Source of the DNA: Octopus sinensis
Lineage: Eukaryota
Length of the DNA: 64,000 bases
Assembly (NCBI RefSeq): GCF_006345805.1
Contig: NC_043007.1
Location: 23,560,001-23,624,000, forward strand
Direction: 5' to 3'
Positions 26,223 through 39,939 of this stretch are shown piece after piece. Below the pieces are notes generated by a model. That model had not been told where the DNA came from. It made no database searches and saw only the letters and a program-made list of their open reading frames with translations. How positions within the stretch are numbered: position 1 is the first letter of the stretch; each line of letters opens with the position of its first letter. A program made the position numbers and the translations under genes.

Positions 26223-26870
26223 GAAGATTGAGACAACAAGGGAGATAACTGAAGTGTGGTGATAAAAACCGTGAGGCCTACATTGCAGGTTCGCTGACAT
26301 GTTGAGTCATTTCACTCTACATCCACCAACATGTGAGACTCTTTAAGGTCAGCTGACCTGCCAGAAACAGCAGCCAAATTCCCTGTAATTCATGCCCAAC
26401 CGTTTTTAAAAAAAAAAAGATAACTATAACTATATTGCGTAGTCTTGGATAAATGATGATTATGACTGCAACGCTTTTGATGATAAACCTACTCAGTCAG
26501 AGTCGTACCTAAGGTTAAACAACTGATTACTTATATCTGCCATTTCCAATCGTAAAGCCAGGAGAGTGGACCAGGCTCTCATAGACTTGCTCTTTATGCG
26601 TTTCACCAACACGTAATAGACTTACTTACTCTCTCTGTCTCCCTCTCTTTCTTTCTCTCTCTCTCCTCTTTCTATCTTTCTTTCTTTCTTTCTTTCTCTT
26701 TCCCTCTTATCTAGAAAGTGCGAAACTAAATACTATAATGGCGTTTGTTTCGGTGTATAATCTTATCAGCCAAGCCATCTTCCCTGTCCGAAACATGGAT
26801 AATAGAAACAAAACGTTAATTGTCACACGCTGATATTTTCTTTTTCTTTCTTTCTTTATCGTGAACAAAA

Positions 26871-26924
<54 letters not shown>

Positions 26925-27655
26925 TGTGTGTGTGCCTGTCTGTCTGTGTAGACGCACTTAATGTACGTTTCTAGACAGTGTGGGTGAGATGGTAGGCATC
27001 CATAATGTGTGGAGCAACTTAAAATATATTCATGACAAATAATTGTTTCCATTCTATTTGTTGTTTTTTTTCATTTACTTATTTCTATTTTAATAAATTG
27101 AATGAGAATCAGTATTCCAAGTGATTGCAAAGATTCTTCTTTTAAGTTGCTCGGTTGTAAGGTATTCGCTGCTGGATATTGTTGTGATGATGATGATGAT
27201 GATGATGATGACGTTACTGCTGCTGCTGCTGCTTTTCAGCCGCAAACCAGCACTGACTGAACAGACTTGTGGTCAAAGTTACTTCAGCTGCTACAACCTT
27301 GTCTTATATTTAGACGTATCGCATCTCAGGATACGTTGTGCAATATATATATATATAAGTTCAGCAAAATTTAGATTCAAATGAATATGGTACTTAAGTC
27401 AGATGCACCAGAATTTTGTACGATGTTATCCATATAAATCCATGGGGTGATTATAATCAAAGTAAGCAACAAGAATAACATGGAAATAAGTATATGTATT
27501 GATGGAAAACCTCTATAAATGGCTGATGATTGCTCAACATTTTAAAACTGATGTAATACTTACAATGTTTAATAAAATGATGTAGCATGAAACGATCGTA
27601 CCAAATTACCGAAGATATTCTTGTTGCTTACTTTGATTATATATATATATATATC

Positions 27656-27702
<47 letters not shown>

Positions 27703-27724
27703 CACAACACACACACACACACAC

Positions 27725-27776
<52 letters not shown>

Positions 27777-27955
27777 CCTTTCCTGTCTAGACGATGGTAT
27801 AACTGAAGGGAGATTTTGGTATTATTTCTAGAAGTCGATTATTCTTTGAGAAGGTGGGAGTGAGAAGAAAGAAGATCACATGCCAGTTTAATGCTAATCG
27901 TAGTTTTCTTTGAGATAGAAATCATGCTCTTTCTCAAGTGTATGAAGGGTGACCA

Positions 27956-28075
27956 GTAAATTTCACCGTGATAAATTCCACCACGGAAAATTCTACCAGA
28001 TAAATTTCACCTTAAGTAAATTCCACCATGGTATATTCCACCATGGTATATTCCACCATGGTAAATTCCACCATA
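27956..28075. repeat. 15-bp minisatellite (gtaaattccaccatg), ~8 copies
   Basis: Visible periodicity. Confidence 0.85.
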
Positions 28076-28081
28076 GGTGAA

Positions 28082-28114
<33 letters not shown>

Positions 28115-28189
28115 TAGTTTTATTTTTATAGCGTGCTTTCACTTCACTACCGAGCGCAGCTCTGTGTGCCTTGGGTATGTGCTGTGATT

Positions 28190-28196
28190 TGTTGTG

Positions 28197-28253
<57 letters not shown>

Positions 28254-28377
28254 TATCTTATGTTTGACTTTTGTTTTACATTTGTACAAGTTGGCTCCAA
28301 GTCTCACCCAGAGACCTCAAAAGACGACAAGTTGGAAGTTCTTGGTTTTATGCCTAGGGTGCCATATATTTGGTTAC

Positions 28378-28458
<81 letters not shown>

Positions 28459-28605
28459 CATAATATTATTATTATTATTATCATTACCATTATCATTATT
28501 ATCATTATCATTATCATTATCGTTATCATTATCATTATTATCATTATCATTTTCATTATTATTATTGTTATCGTTATCATTATCATTATCATATTATTAT
28601 TATTA

Positions 28606-28667
<62 letters not shown>

Positions 28668-28670
28668 TAT
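28190..28670. repeat. (ATT)n/(ATC)n microsatellite block
   Basis: Direct inspection. Confidence 0.9.
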
Positions 28671-29447
28671 ATGGGTTACGATATTACGGAAATAAAAAAG
28701 AATGAATTTAAAAAATATGAGGTAGGAAAAATGATTAAGGAACAATCATACAAAGAAATACATGAAGTGTAGATGAAATGAAATGGTTTCAACTGTGAAT
28801 TAAATTCACACCACGGTCTCCACTTGTAACCTTACCACCTTGCTATACACTAATCATTATTATGCATACCGCTATCGTTTCTAGTAACATGTGCAGTACA
28901 TTAAATGGATTCCCATTATTCGTTGTTTTTATATTAATCTTAGGAGGATAAAAGGCAAAGCGAAACCCGAACCCTAGTAGGATTTGATTTCAAAACTAAT
29001 GTCAATGCTTAATACTACGATGTCTTCGGTTGAGCTCTCTACGCTGTCTGCCTTCTCCGCATTAACAACCAGCCACGACTATATTATAAAACGCAGGCAT
29101 TTTGTTTGGTTCATTTGCGGACAATGGTTTGCGAGACTGGTTTTTAATGTGGTTCTTTTTATGTTGTGAGTACAACTGTCATCGCAAGTCGATGGCTCGA
29201 TAAGATAAGTACTAGTAAAATGCTGTAGACCATTATTCAAGACTTTCATACTCCACAAAATGTTATGGAGATGGACTTACGTTATAGATACCTGACTTGA
29301 CAAAATTGGAGAATTCTTTATCCCTGAAGTTATCTCCCCTTTTCAAGTGGAACTGGTCTTAATACCATTTCGTAATTATAATATATCCTCCAGAAGCGAC
29401 GATAATTTTTATAAAGCAAAAATTTATGTTGTTTGGTATTAGATATA

Positions 29448-29862
29448 GGCGCAGGAGTGGCTGTGTGGTAAGTAGCTTGCTTACCAACCACATGGTTCCG
29501 GGTTCAGTCCCACTGCGTGGCACCTTGGGCAAGTGTCTTCTACTATAGCCTCGGGCCGACCAAAGCCTTGTGAGTGGATTTGGTAGATGGAAACTGAAAG
29601 AAGCCCGTCGTATATATGTATATATATATATACATGGCTGTGTTGTTTTGTGTTGTCTGTGTTGTCCCCCTAGCATTACTTGACAACCGATGCTGGTGTG
29701 TTTATGTCCCCGTTACTTAGCGGTCGGCAAAAGAGACCGATAGAATAAGTACTGGGCTTACAAAAAGAATAAGTCCCGGGGTCGAGTTGCTCGATTAAAG
29801 GCGGTGCACCAGCATGGCCGCACTCATTTGACTGAAACAAGTAAAAGAGTAAAGAGTAAAGA
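29448..29862 (+). mobile_element. SINE family B, full length
   Basis: ggcgcaggagtggctgtgtgg ... gaaacaagtaaaagagtaaagagtaaa. Confidence 0.9.
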
Positions 29863-30358
29863 GATATACCTATACTTGTCTATTTTGTTCAAGTACATAT
29901 CACTGACCGTTCTGAGTTATTTCTCTTCCTTCATTTTTTTGTTTAAATTATGTTTTATTTACTCATTTTTTGGAAGTAATAATATAACCATATGTTGTTA
30001 TGTGTGTGTGTATGTGCGTGTGATCTGATAACTTGTATTGTATATAGACAGAGTGAGACGATAGACCGCAGGTGTGTGAGGAAACACAGGTGAAATTAAG
30101 CATAAAATGGAATAAATTGGTTATTGGAAATAGTGTGAATATGGCGAAACCATTAGGACGTCGATAACCTTACGTGTGTGTGTGTGTGTGTGTGCGTGCG
30201 TACATGTGTCTGTGTAAATAGAAGAGGTAGGCAGACACAAATTATAACACAATGTATATATATATATATAATATGTATGTATATATGTATGTATGTATAT
30301 ATAATATATACATAACATACTACATACATACATACATACATACATACATACATACATA

Positions 30359-30392
30359 CTAGCAGAGATACCCGGCGTTGCTTGCGAGTAAA
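30359..30392 (-). mobile_element. Helitron 3' terminus
   Basis: Minus strand reads gcaacgccgggtatctctgCTAG|T; 5' end uncertain. Confidence 0.55.
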
Positions 30393-30617
30393 ATGTCATA
30401 GTTCGTAGGTGCCACGCAGTGGGATAAACCCAGAACCAAGTAGTTGGTAAGCAAGTTACTTACCACACAGCCACTCTTATATATATATATATATATATAT
30501 TATAATATATATATAATATATATATATAATATATATATGCGAGAGGGGGGAGTGGAGACACAGACAGACTGACAGACAGAAATGCATACAGACAGACATG
30601 CATACAGACAGGCAGAC

Positions 30618-30746
<129 letters not shown>

Positions 30747-31232
30747 TGCAGTTAGAAAAGGGGTTCCATCTTATTTGAACTTGTATTTTCAGAATATGTA
30801 TTTTATAAAAAAGCTGTTTCTTCATTTTGAAGAAAACCTGTTCCTTTATATGAACGCGGTAGATGAATAACAATTGGTAGATCGTCGGAAAATCTACTTT
30901 TTATTATTTGGTTAAATCTCTTTATATTCTGAGTTCTAGTACCGCCGATGTCGACTTTGTTTTTCATCCTCCTCTTTTGATAAAATAAACATCAAATCAA
31001 AATTACAGTCAGTTTGACTATTGACGATCGGTTTGGTCAACTGAAGTTCCATATTAAAAAATGTGCCTTATGTGATTCAGGAATTATCTACCTTGATCCT
31101 ATTGATAGTAATTATTTTATTCTTATTACAGTTATAATTTCAGTAGATTAAATTATTTTTTCCGCTCACCACAATAAGAATGGTAGCCTGTACTTGACTA
31201 TACAAACTTCTCACAGAAAGTAACCTGGGAAT

Positions 31233-31625
31233 GGCGGTGAGCTGGCAGAAACGTTAGCACGCCGGGCGAAACGCTTAGCGATATTTCGTCTGCCGTTACG
31301 TTCTGAGTTCAAATTCCGCCGAGGTCGACTTTGCCTTTCATCCTTTCGGGGTCGATAAATTAAGTACCAGTTACGCACTGGGGTCGATATAATCGACTTA
31401 ATCCGTTTGTTTGTCCTCTCTGTGTTTAGCCCCTTGTGGGTAGTAAAGAAATAGGTATTTCGTCTGCCGTTACGTTCTGAGTTCAAATTCCGCCGAGGTC
31501 GACTTTGCCTTTCATCCTTTCGGGGTCGATAAATTAAGTACCAGTTACGTACTGGGGTCGATGTAATCGACTTAATCCCTTTGTCTGTCCTTGTTTGTCC
31601 CCTCTTGTGGGCAATAAACAAGTAA
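31233..31625 (+). mobile_element. SINE family A dimer
   Basis: Junction aaatagg|tatttcgtc at 31455/56; TSD-like agaaagtaacc flanks. Confidence 0.9.
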
Positions 31626-32370
31626 GAAAGTAACCTTGGATAATTTTTTAATCATATTAGTTTAATATGCCTACTTAATTAATTATTTTCAAGCCAAAAT
31701 TTGTGTACTCTTGTGGTCATTTTGTGATCTTTGTAACCGTGTATTTACAAAGCATTGTTGAGGAAATGTAATAAGAACAAAATATGTCCAGAATTGTCAC
31801 CATAGATACCAAAAACCAGACTCATTCCCTAACCCTGCATATCTCTATTTATTCTTTGGTCCATTGAAATACAAAGTTCTCTCCCTTGTCCCATTTGTTA
31901 GTAATTTTCATTGCCGTTAATGGATTTTCTTCTCATTACGATTATAATGCACCCTTTCGCAAAATCACTATCTTCATTTATTTATTTCATTTTAACCAGT
32001 AACACTCGCCGATCGTGTGCTGCCGAGTGTGTCTGCATCGCCTGATCAATTATATTGTATCTCGATGCAGTGAGGTGATAAACCACAGGTGTGTGATAAA
32101 TACAACGGTGAAGTTAACTGTAAAAGTGAATAAATGAATGCAGTGAAACAGTGCTTGCGTAATAAATCGTGAATACGACTGAAACATTGGAATGCTAATA
32201 CCAATATGTGTCCGTGTGTATGTGTATTTAGATATATAAATAGATAGAAGGAGAGACATATGTGTGAAATGATAGTTTGCTAGCGAGCTAGCATTTCATC
32301 CATGAATGAGACGATAACATACCTATCTGTATTTCTTTCTGTCTGTCTCTCTATAATGGATGGATGGATG

Positions 32371-32445
<75 letters not shown>

Positions 32446-32604
32446 GGATGGATAGAGGATCAGGAGGGTTGTTAATAAGGGTTACTTATACATGTGTATG
32501 AGTGTCTGTGTGTGTTTTCAGATATATGGATAAAAATACTGATAAATGAAGAGATAGGTGGTAAAATTATACGTGTGTGTGTATCATATACATATGTCTG
32601 CATG

Positions 32605-32640
<36 letters not shown>

Positions 32641-32714
32641 GAAATTGACGATTTAAAAGTCTGTTATCAGCATATTGGCATAGAAATAATCTTCTTTAGC
32701 CCTTATTTATAAGT

Positions 32715-32754
<40 letters not shown>

Positions 32755-32759
32755 ATATA

Positions 32760-32800
<41 letters not shown>

Positions 32801-32854
32801 TTAAGTATATATATAATATTAATATAGATTATATATATATATATATATAATATA

Positions 32855-32902
<48 letters not shown>

Positions 32903-32905
32903 CAA

Positions 32906-33076
32906 GAAAAAAGCAACAAGAATGGATTAGTTTTCAGTACAATTGTTTCATACGAAGACCAGCTTATTAAAAGCTGCAAATATTGCAGCAAATACAAGTG
33001 TCCCGTACTTTAATAAAGCTGGTCTTCGTATGAAACAATTGTACTGAAAAACTAATCCATTCTTGTTGCTTTTTTC
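32906..33076. repeat. Foldback palindrome beside (TA)n
   Basis: ~65-bp inverted arms with ~38-bp spacer. Confidence 0.9.
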
Positions 33077-33188
33077 TGTTTATAATCACCCCATTATTTT
33101 ATGGTTAATACCATATAGTTTTCTGGTGCATCTAAGTTAAGTACCGCATTCAAGTGAATTCAATAGAACTCACTTGAATCTTAATTCT

Positions 33189-33229
<41 letters not shown>

Positions 33230-33428
33230 ATATGTGTATCATATACACATGCCTGCATGTATATATATATTGTAAAGTCCGTGTTAAGTAGGACTAAATT
33301 TTCACGTACTGAACAAGTGAAGGAAAATTCACTTTCTGATGATTATTAACTAACAATAAACCAATTTGTTACCTTATATTTATTGTAAATATTAAAATAA
33401 AAGGTGTTATTTATCTTATCGGTGGTGT

Positions 33429-33856
33429 TGTTGGCTTCCTTTTGTCTCTGGAGACAATGGAGTTGTGCATAAATTAATCCAGTCTGGTTTTTACATTTCA
33501 TGTCCTCTCCAGTTTCCTCTCCAGTCTTGCGCAGGCCTGGGCTGGATGTAAGAAAATCCTGGGTAGCCCAATCGTCAGGATTCCTCTCTCGACCTTGCTG
33601 ATGTAGTCCAAAGGAGTGCAGAGCATTACGTTTGGCACCAGCTTGGTTGCAGGGGCTGCCTGAAGAGTGTTGAGTCGAACACTAAACCGCCTACGGGGCT
33701 CCACTCCGGATTTCTTTGAAGGTTGTCTCCTTTCCGTAACCCTGGATAGGGGCCCTAACCGGGTACTGTCAACCGGAGCCAGCTGTGCCCGGGACTTGTG
33801 TCAGGCAGGGTTGTCACTCTCTGAAGTAGTGAAGAAAATCGCTACCCACTACCTAC
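33429..33856 (+). mobile_element. Short RTE-derived non-autonomous retroposon
   Basis: 12-bp TSD tatcggtggtgt / tattggtggtgt. The body resembles RTE/BovB-type 5' UTR sequence (recalled, not searched). Short ctac-type tail. Confidence 0.55.
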
Positions 33857-34163
33857 TATTGGTGGTGTAAACCTAATAAAATATTTACAAAATAAAAAAA
33901 GGAAATTATAATTTTAAGGGTGAAACATTGTTACAAGAGTGGGGTGAATATATTTAAAAATCAATACATATTTATGATCAGAGCACAAATGTTCATCTGT
34001 ACAGAATGAGATGGCTGGGCGCGACTGTTTGTACGCTGACGATTTGGCGCGGCTGACTGAACATTGAACCTCTTTTGTGAACAGTACCTTTAGGTACAGA
34101 AAGCAAACACACATACACAAACGCACACACGCTCGTGCACGCAGAAATATACACAAAAACACA

Positions 34164-34227
<64 letters not shown>

Positions 34228-34777
34228 CTACCTATCTATCTCTCTATCTATCTATCTATCTATCTTATTTATTAAACTTGATTGATATTAACATTTAATT
34301 TCATATCATACGTGTAAAGAGAAAAATGCTCACACACGTAAACAAAGAGAGAGTGGGAGAACAAGAGAAGCTTAATAAAAAGTACGATGTCAAGTAAGTC
34401 AGCATCGAATCAGTGACACCAAATAGGCGGCACCAAATCGTCTCATACCCGGCTATCTATATGTTACCCTTGTTGGTTAACACCAGGTTATTCATGCTCC
34501 AACTGTAGACCAATCAACAACGGTGTTCAAGAGCCGTATGTTTCAAATATTGTCTGAATCAGAATGGCTTTTAGTTCAATTTTGTATGTCTGGAATTCAA
34601 CATGATGGATGTAATTGAAATTGTCATTCTGCAAGATTTTGATTGTAACCTGGAGTTTGGGGAAGCAGAACGACACTTTTTACTTATTTCTTCCGTGGCT
34701 TTTATTTTCAAATTCAATTTGCTAAGTGCCAACGCACGAAATTTCCTGCTTGCACCACCGAATCTGTATTTTCAAAT

Positions 34778-35169
34778 GTGGAGGTGCAATGGCCCAGTGG
34801 TTAGGGCAGCGGACTCGCGGTCATAGGATCGCGGTTTCGATTCCCAGACCGGGCGTTGTGAGTGTTTATTGAGCGAAAACACCTAAAGCTCCACGAGGCT
34901 CTGGCAGGGGATGGTGGTGATCCCTGCTGTACTCTTTCACCACAACTTTCTCTCACTCTTACTTCCTGTTTCTGTTGTACCTGTATTTCAAAGGGCCGGC
35001 CTTGTCACTCTCTGTGTCACGCTGAATATCCTCGAGAACTACATTAAGGGTGCACGTGTCTGTGGAGTGCTCAGCCACTTACACGTTAATTTCACGAGCA
35101 GGCTGTTCCGTTGATTCGGATCAACCGGAACCCTCGTCGTCGTAACCGACGGAGTGCTTCCATTCATCC
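34778..35169 (+). mobile_element. SINE family C, tail type 1, ~100 bp upstream of the cyclase exon
   Basis: Near-identical to 10405-10794; 10-bp TSD attttcaaat. Confidence 0.9.
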
Positions 35170-35266
35170 ATTTTCAAATTCATATATTTGATTTCTATGT
35201 TATAAAATGTATTGATAATCAAATTTTATTTATTTATTTAACCAAACTTTTTTTCATTTTCCACAG

Positions 35267-35770
35267 GGTAAAGGTCGCATGAAAAGCTACTGGCTGAGTG
35301 CGAAAACGAAGAGAATCAAGCTACCGAATCGAAGAATCAAAATAAAAAAGGCAACCAGCGTGAAATATAAGGCGGAACACATTATTATTGAACAAACCGA
35401 AGAACTAGACGAGCGTCTAACACCGGATAAGCTACTAAACGACTTAGAAAACCCAGATACTGTGCATTCTGAAAGATCTGAAGTGTATTCTCCAGTTAGT
35501 TACGAAACAACTGATAGCTCCTGTGGGAGCTCTCCGGGGCGGCGTGCTAAAAAGAAATCCGCCACTCCAACGTATTGCCCCGTTCACTGCAGCCGCTGCT
35601 TAGAGAACAACTCGAATACAGATATTTGCAAACAGAGTGGCTCGACAGAATTGTTAACTAAGGCAGATGGTAGCGTGTTTAAATCGGATTTTGCTGCAGC
35701 AAATGGAATGCCGAAAAGATATGCGTCAAAAACAGGCAAAAGAAACAGCAGTTTGTGTTCTCTGATTTAA
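35267..35770 (+). CDS. Terminal coding exon of a class III nucleotide cyclase, most like an atypical soluble guanylyl cyclase (Gyc88E/beta2-type); long C-terminal tail ending in CaaX (CSLI*)
   Basis: Strong acceptor ttttttcattttccacAG at 35265-66. The phase-0 frame reads GKGRMKSYWL, matching the (VK)|GKGxMxTYWL motif that closes cyclase catalytic domains. Open for 167 codons to TAA at 35768-70. Upstream exons not identified in the window. Confidence 0.8.
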   Translation, partial: GKGRMKSYWLSAKTKRIKLPNRRIKIKKATSVKYKAEHIIIEQTEELDERLTPDKLLNDLENPDTVHSERSEVYSPVSYETTDSSCGSSPGRRAKKKSATPTYCPVHCSRCLENNSNTDICKQSGSTELLTKADGSVFKSDFAAANGMPKRYASKTGKRNSSLCSLI

Positions 35771-36272
35771 TTCCTAAAGTCTATTTAGACGACTCTAGCG
35801 GCCATATCTAAAAACCAAACAAAAAAAATCAAGTCTAAACAAAAAGCAAAGAGTATAACACTGTTTTATCATATTTATTGTTTTGGTTTTGGTTTTTGGT
35901 AACATTTTTTTTTTCTTTTTGAAGACTGATATTGTTAATTACGTTAATAATATTTCAATTACGTGTCATGACCGATTCTTTATTAGTGTTGTTGCTGTTT
36001 TTGTTCTGTTTTCTTGGGATTGTTTTCTCCTTTTTTCTTTTTTTTTTTCGGTAGAATCATAAGCACACCGGATAAAATTCCTTGCGGTATTTTTTCCGGC
36101 TTTTTACATTCTGAGTTCAAATCTCACAGAGATCATCTTTACCGTTCATATCTCCGGAGTCGATAAAATAAAGTACCAGTCAAATACTAGAGTCGATTAC
36201 ATCGACTAACCTATCCCTTAAAAATTGCTCACCTTGTATCTATGTGGGGAAACTGTTATTATTATTATTAAA

Positions 36273-36479
36273 GCAGTGAGCTGGCAGAATCGTTAGCACG
36301 CTGGACGAAATGCTTGGCGGTATTTCGTTCGTTTTCACGTTCTGAGTTCAAATTCCGCCGAGGTTGACTTTGCTTTTCATCCTTTCGGGGTCGAAAAATT
36401 AAGTACCAGTTGAGAACTGGGGTTGATCTAATCGACTGTCCCCTCGCCACAAAATCCAGGCCGTGTGCCTATAGTAGAA

Positions 36480-36480
<1 letters not shown>
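36273..36480 (+). mobile_element. SINE family A (short tail)
   Basis: Head plus core. Confidence 0.8.
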
Positions 36481-36570
<90 letters not shown>

Positions 36571-36916
36571 CAGCGGGCTGGCGAAATCGGGCGAAATGCT
36601 TGGCGGTATTTCGCTCGTCTTCACCTATTATTATTTACGTTGGGGTTGCTTTGTTTTACATGAGCTGTTCCAAGTTTTGCCCAGAGACTGCAAGTAGCAG
36701 CAAGATGGACGCCTGACCATCGGTGTTATTGATGATTAGTAATGATATAGTGTATGTGAAGGAGACCAAAATCTGGGAACTATGATTTTGTTAAATTTAC
36801 AATATTTCTGTTTTGATAGAATTTTAACAGAATCAGACGTTTTCAAGCTGATATATATTTTTTTTTAGGACTTTGGGCAGTACACATGAGAACAATTTTT
36901 TTGTAGTTCTGATACC

Positions 36917-37155
36917 TATTTCTTTACTACCCACAAGGGGCCAAACACAGAGGGGTCAAACAAGGACAGACATAGGTATTAAGTCGATTACATCGACCCC
37001 AGTGCGTAACTGGTACTTAATTTATCGACCCCGAAAGGATGAAAGGCAAAGTCGACCTCGGCGGAATTTGAACTCACAACGTAACGCAGACGAAATACCG
37101 CTAAGCATTTCGCCCGGCGTGCTAACGATTCTGCCAGCTCGCCGCCTTAAAGTTC
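36917..37155 (-). mobile_element. SINE family A monomer with 15-bp TSD
   Basis: TSD tgtagttctgatacc at 36902-16 and 37156-70. Confidence 0.92.
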
Positions 37156-37170
37156 TGTAGTTCTGATACC

Positions 37171-37765
37171 GTTTGGTTTCCTGGTACTTGGCCATAGTGT
37201 TTAAGAGTGCCTTTTGATATTGTCCCCAAAGCTCCGATGATTACAGGTACAGTTGCTGTTCTTAGATGCCAAATTTCTCGACCTCTATTTCAAGGTTATT
37301 ATATGATTAATTTTTTCAGACAATTTTACAAAGCGTTTCAGTCTGCTGGGATTGGCATATTTTGTCGACGGGATTTTTTATCACAATGTCTGGTCTGTTG
37401 GCCTATGCAGCACGATCAGTTTGGAGACTAAATTACCAAACAACGGTGACATCTTCATTTTTTACTATTTTGGCAGGTTTAAGTTCCCACTAGTTCTTCT
37501 CATACAGGAGTCCAGACTTATGCTATGAGTCAGAACATATACTGGCGAAGTCCATCATGGAGAATAATGCATTCCCTTGCAGCTAGGATGGAGCGGCTAG
37601 AAATGAGGTGGTCAATTATTTCCCTGGCTGCACCGCAAAACCAGAGGCAATATCGGCACCATTTTTAGGAAAGCACACTTGGTGGTTTCTGGTGGGCAGA
37701 CATTGATTCAGGGCTTCTATAATAAAGCCTTGTTTCTAATTTAAATCCAGATGCAGTCAACTCTT
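37171..37765 (-). mobile_element. 3' fragment of an R4/Dong-like (RLE endonuclease) LINE
   Basis: KLET.GFII...NQCLPTRN and VPVIIGALGTI motifs. Confidence 0.75.
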
Positions 37766-37878
37766 GGTGGACCATATTCGTACCTACATCTGGATCTCTT
37801 GGACCTTAAAGGGTTTTACCATACAATACGTTACTTTTTCCCTGTACTTCGCAGCACTGAGATTATTATTATTATTAA

Positions 37879-38087
37879 GGGGGCGAGCAGGCGGAATCGT
37901 TAACACACTGGACGAAATGCTTTGCGGTGTTTCGCCCGACGCTACATTCTTAGTTCAAATTCCGCCGAGATCGACTTTGATTTTCATCCTTTCAGGGTCG
38001 ATAAATTAAGTACTAATGAAACAATGTGGTCAATGTAATCAACTTACCCCCTCCCCCAAAATGGCTGCCCTTGTGGCAAAATTTGAA

Positions 38088-38134
<47 letters not shown>

Positions 38135-38240
38135 CGAGGTCAATTTTGTATCCTATCCTTTCGGGGTCGATAAAATAAGTACCAGTTGAGCACTGGGGTT
38201 GATGTAATCGATTTTCCCCCTCCGCCAAAATTAGGCTTGT
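37879..38240 (+). mobile_element. Two adjacent diverged SINE family A copies
   Basis: Head plus core, then a second core after (ATT)n. Confidence 0.7.
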
Positions 38241-39179
38241 GCCTAAAAATGATGAGCATACGACAAAATTACCTTGTGGTATTTATTCCGGCTCCCTGCG
38301 TTCCGAGTTCAAATCCTGCAGAGGTCAATTTTGCTTTTATTCCTTTCGGGATCGACAAAATAAAATACCAGTCATGTACTGGGGTCAATGGCATTGACTC
38401 CCATCTGTCCCCACCCCAATTCAAGGTTTTGTGTCTATATTAGAAAGAATTATTGTTATGATTGTTACTGATGTTGTTCCTGTTGTTATTATTCTTTCTA
38501 AAAGTTAATTAAAAGTCACAGAATTGATTAAGGGGCAGCAAAATGCCCTGCGAAATTTAATAACGTTCTGCGTTGGAAACAAATCGGGGGCCGACTTGGC
38601 CTTCATCCTTCGGAGTCGAAGGTCGATAAGTTCATGTTAAGTTGTTTAGCACCAAATCAGTTGTTGTCTCGAAGATACAACCAAGCTGTATCTACACGGC
38701 CTATTGGCCTGCTAAAGATAGCAATCATGTCTTTTCAAGCTACGTGCCCCACCTCTCTCTCTCCTTCTCTCTGCCTCTCTCTCTTTCCCTCTCCCGCCCT
38801 CTCGAAGCAAAAGAACACAGGAGATGTAGTCCCAGATACCTTTTAAATAGACAAGCTGGTCACAGCTGGAACGCCTTTCATTACTCGCTTCCTTGGTATT
38901 TTGAGAACAAACAACAATATTTGAAATTCTGTATCACTGGAAAAAAAATCATCGTCATCATTATAAATATTAATAGTGACTGAGAGGGGAACCGGTAGAG
39001 CAAAGGGCAAAACCAGACCCCTTCTGAGCGTTCAATTCCCGCTTGCATGCCACAAAATCAAAATATCGATGAAATACTGTAGTAGATTTAATCAGCCCTC
39101 TCCTCCATTTTCCATAATTAGTGTCTTTGTATCACTGTTAAAAACTAGCATTTAGTTACATCCCTTTAAGTTCTGGTAA

Positions 39180-39400
39180 AGGAGCGTGACCTAGTGTTTA
39201 GGATGTTGCGCTCGCGATACCAAAACTGTGGTCTTGATTCCCGGTGCGTTGTGTTCTTGTACAAAACATTTCCTTTCACGTTATTTCATTCCATTCAGCT
39301 ACACATGAGTGACTCTTCGACTGACTGGCGGCCTGTCCAGGGATATTGTTGTGATCTTGGTCATTTATATTAGACGGGAACCGGGTAGCCGGCCTTGTGA
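39180..39400 (+). mobile_element. Older tRNA-headed SINE (family D, diverged)
   Basis: Homologous to 22748-22990. Confidence 0.5.
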
Positions 39401-39939
39401 GTCATTCTTACGCGAGAAAGCACATAGCTTTAATTTAAGTTTTGATTTCAAATCCTCTTGAAGTTAACTTTAACTTTATTTGTTTTTTGACTTATGGTTG
39501 ATAAAAAAAAAATTGCATCTCAAGTTCTGGGGTCAATAAATTCGACAACGCATCTCTCTTCCAGAAAGCTATGGCTTGGTGCCAATGCTAAAAGCCATTT
39601 ATCAAATTATTCTCATTATTACTACAGAACTATTGGAGTTACCTGAAACAATGGAACGCTGGATGTCCCAGTGTCCAGTTTGTTAACCAACTTTTTTCTA
39701 GGTTCAAATCACTTCCGAGCCCTCTTTCCCCTTCGTGCCCAACATCATTATTATATAAGTATTTCTGTTCATAATTTTATTGTTTTTGTATTTCATGTTA
39801 TTTTTATATTTTTATTTTGCTTATTTATTTCTGTAATTCTCGGTGATTATGATGACGACAATGATGAGGATTTGGATGAAGGGGGGTTGCTTTTGTTTTG
39901 TTGTTGTTTTTTTTTTACTTGTTGAGTCTGGAGAAAGCG

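Noticed and set aside
33010-33050. Hammerhead in palindrome arm (GAAACAATTGTA)
   Set aside because: Has a palindromic stem III-like part but no CUGANGA-type core upstream.
34385-34398. gatgtcaa|GTAAGT as donor of the penultimate cyclase exon (DVK)
   Set aside because: The donor is phase 2, which shifts the next exon out of the GKG frame, and the upstream sequence lacks the cyclase motif.
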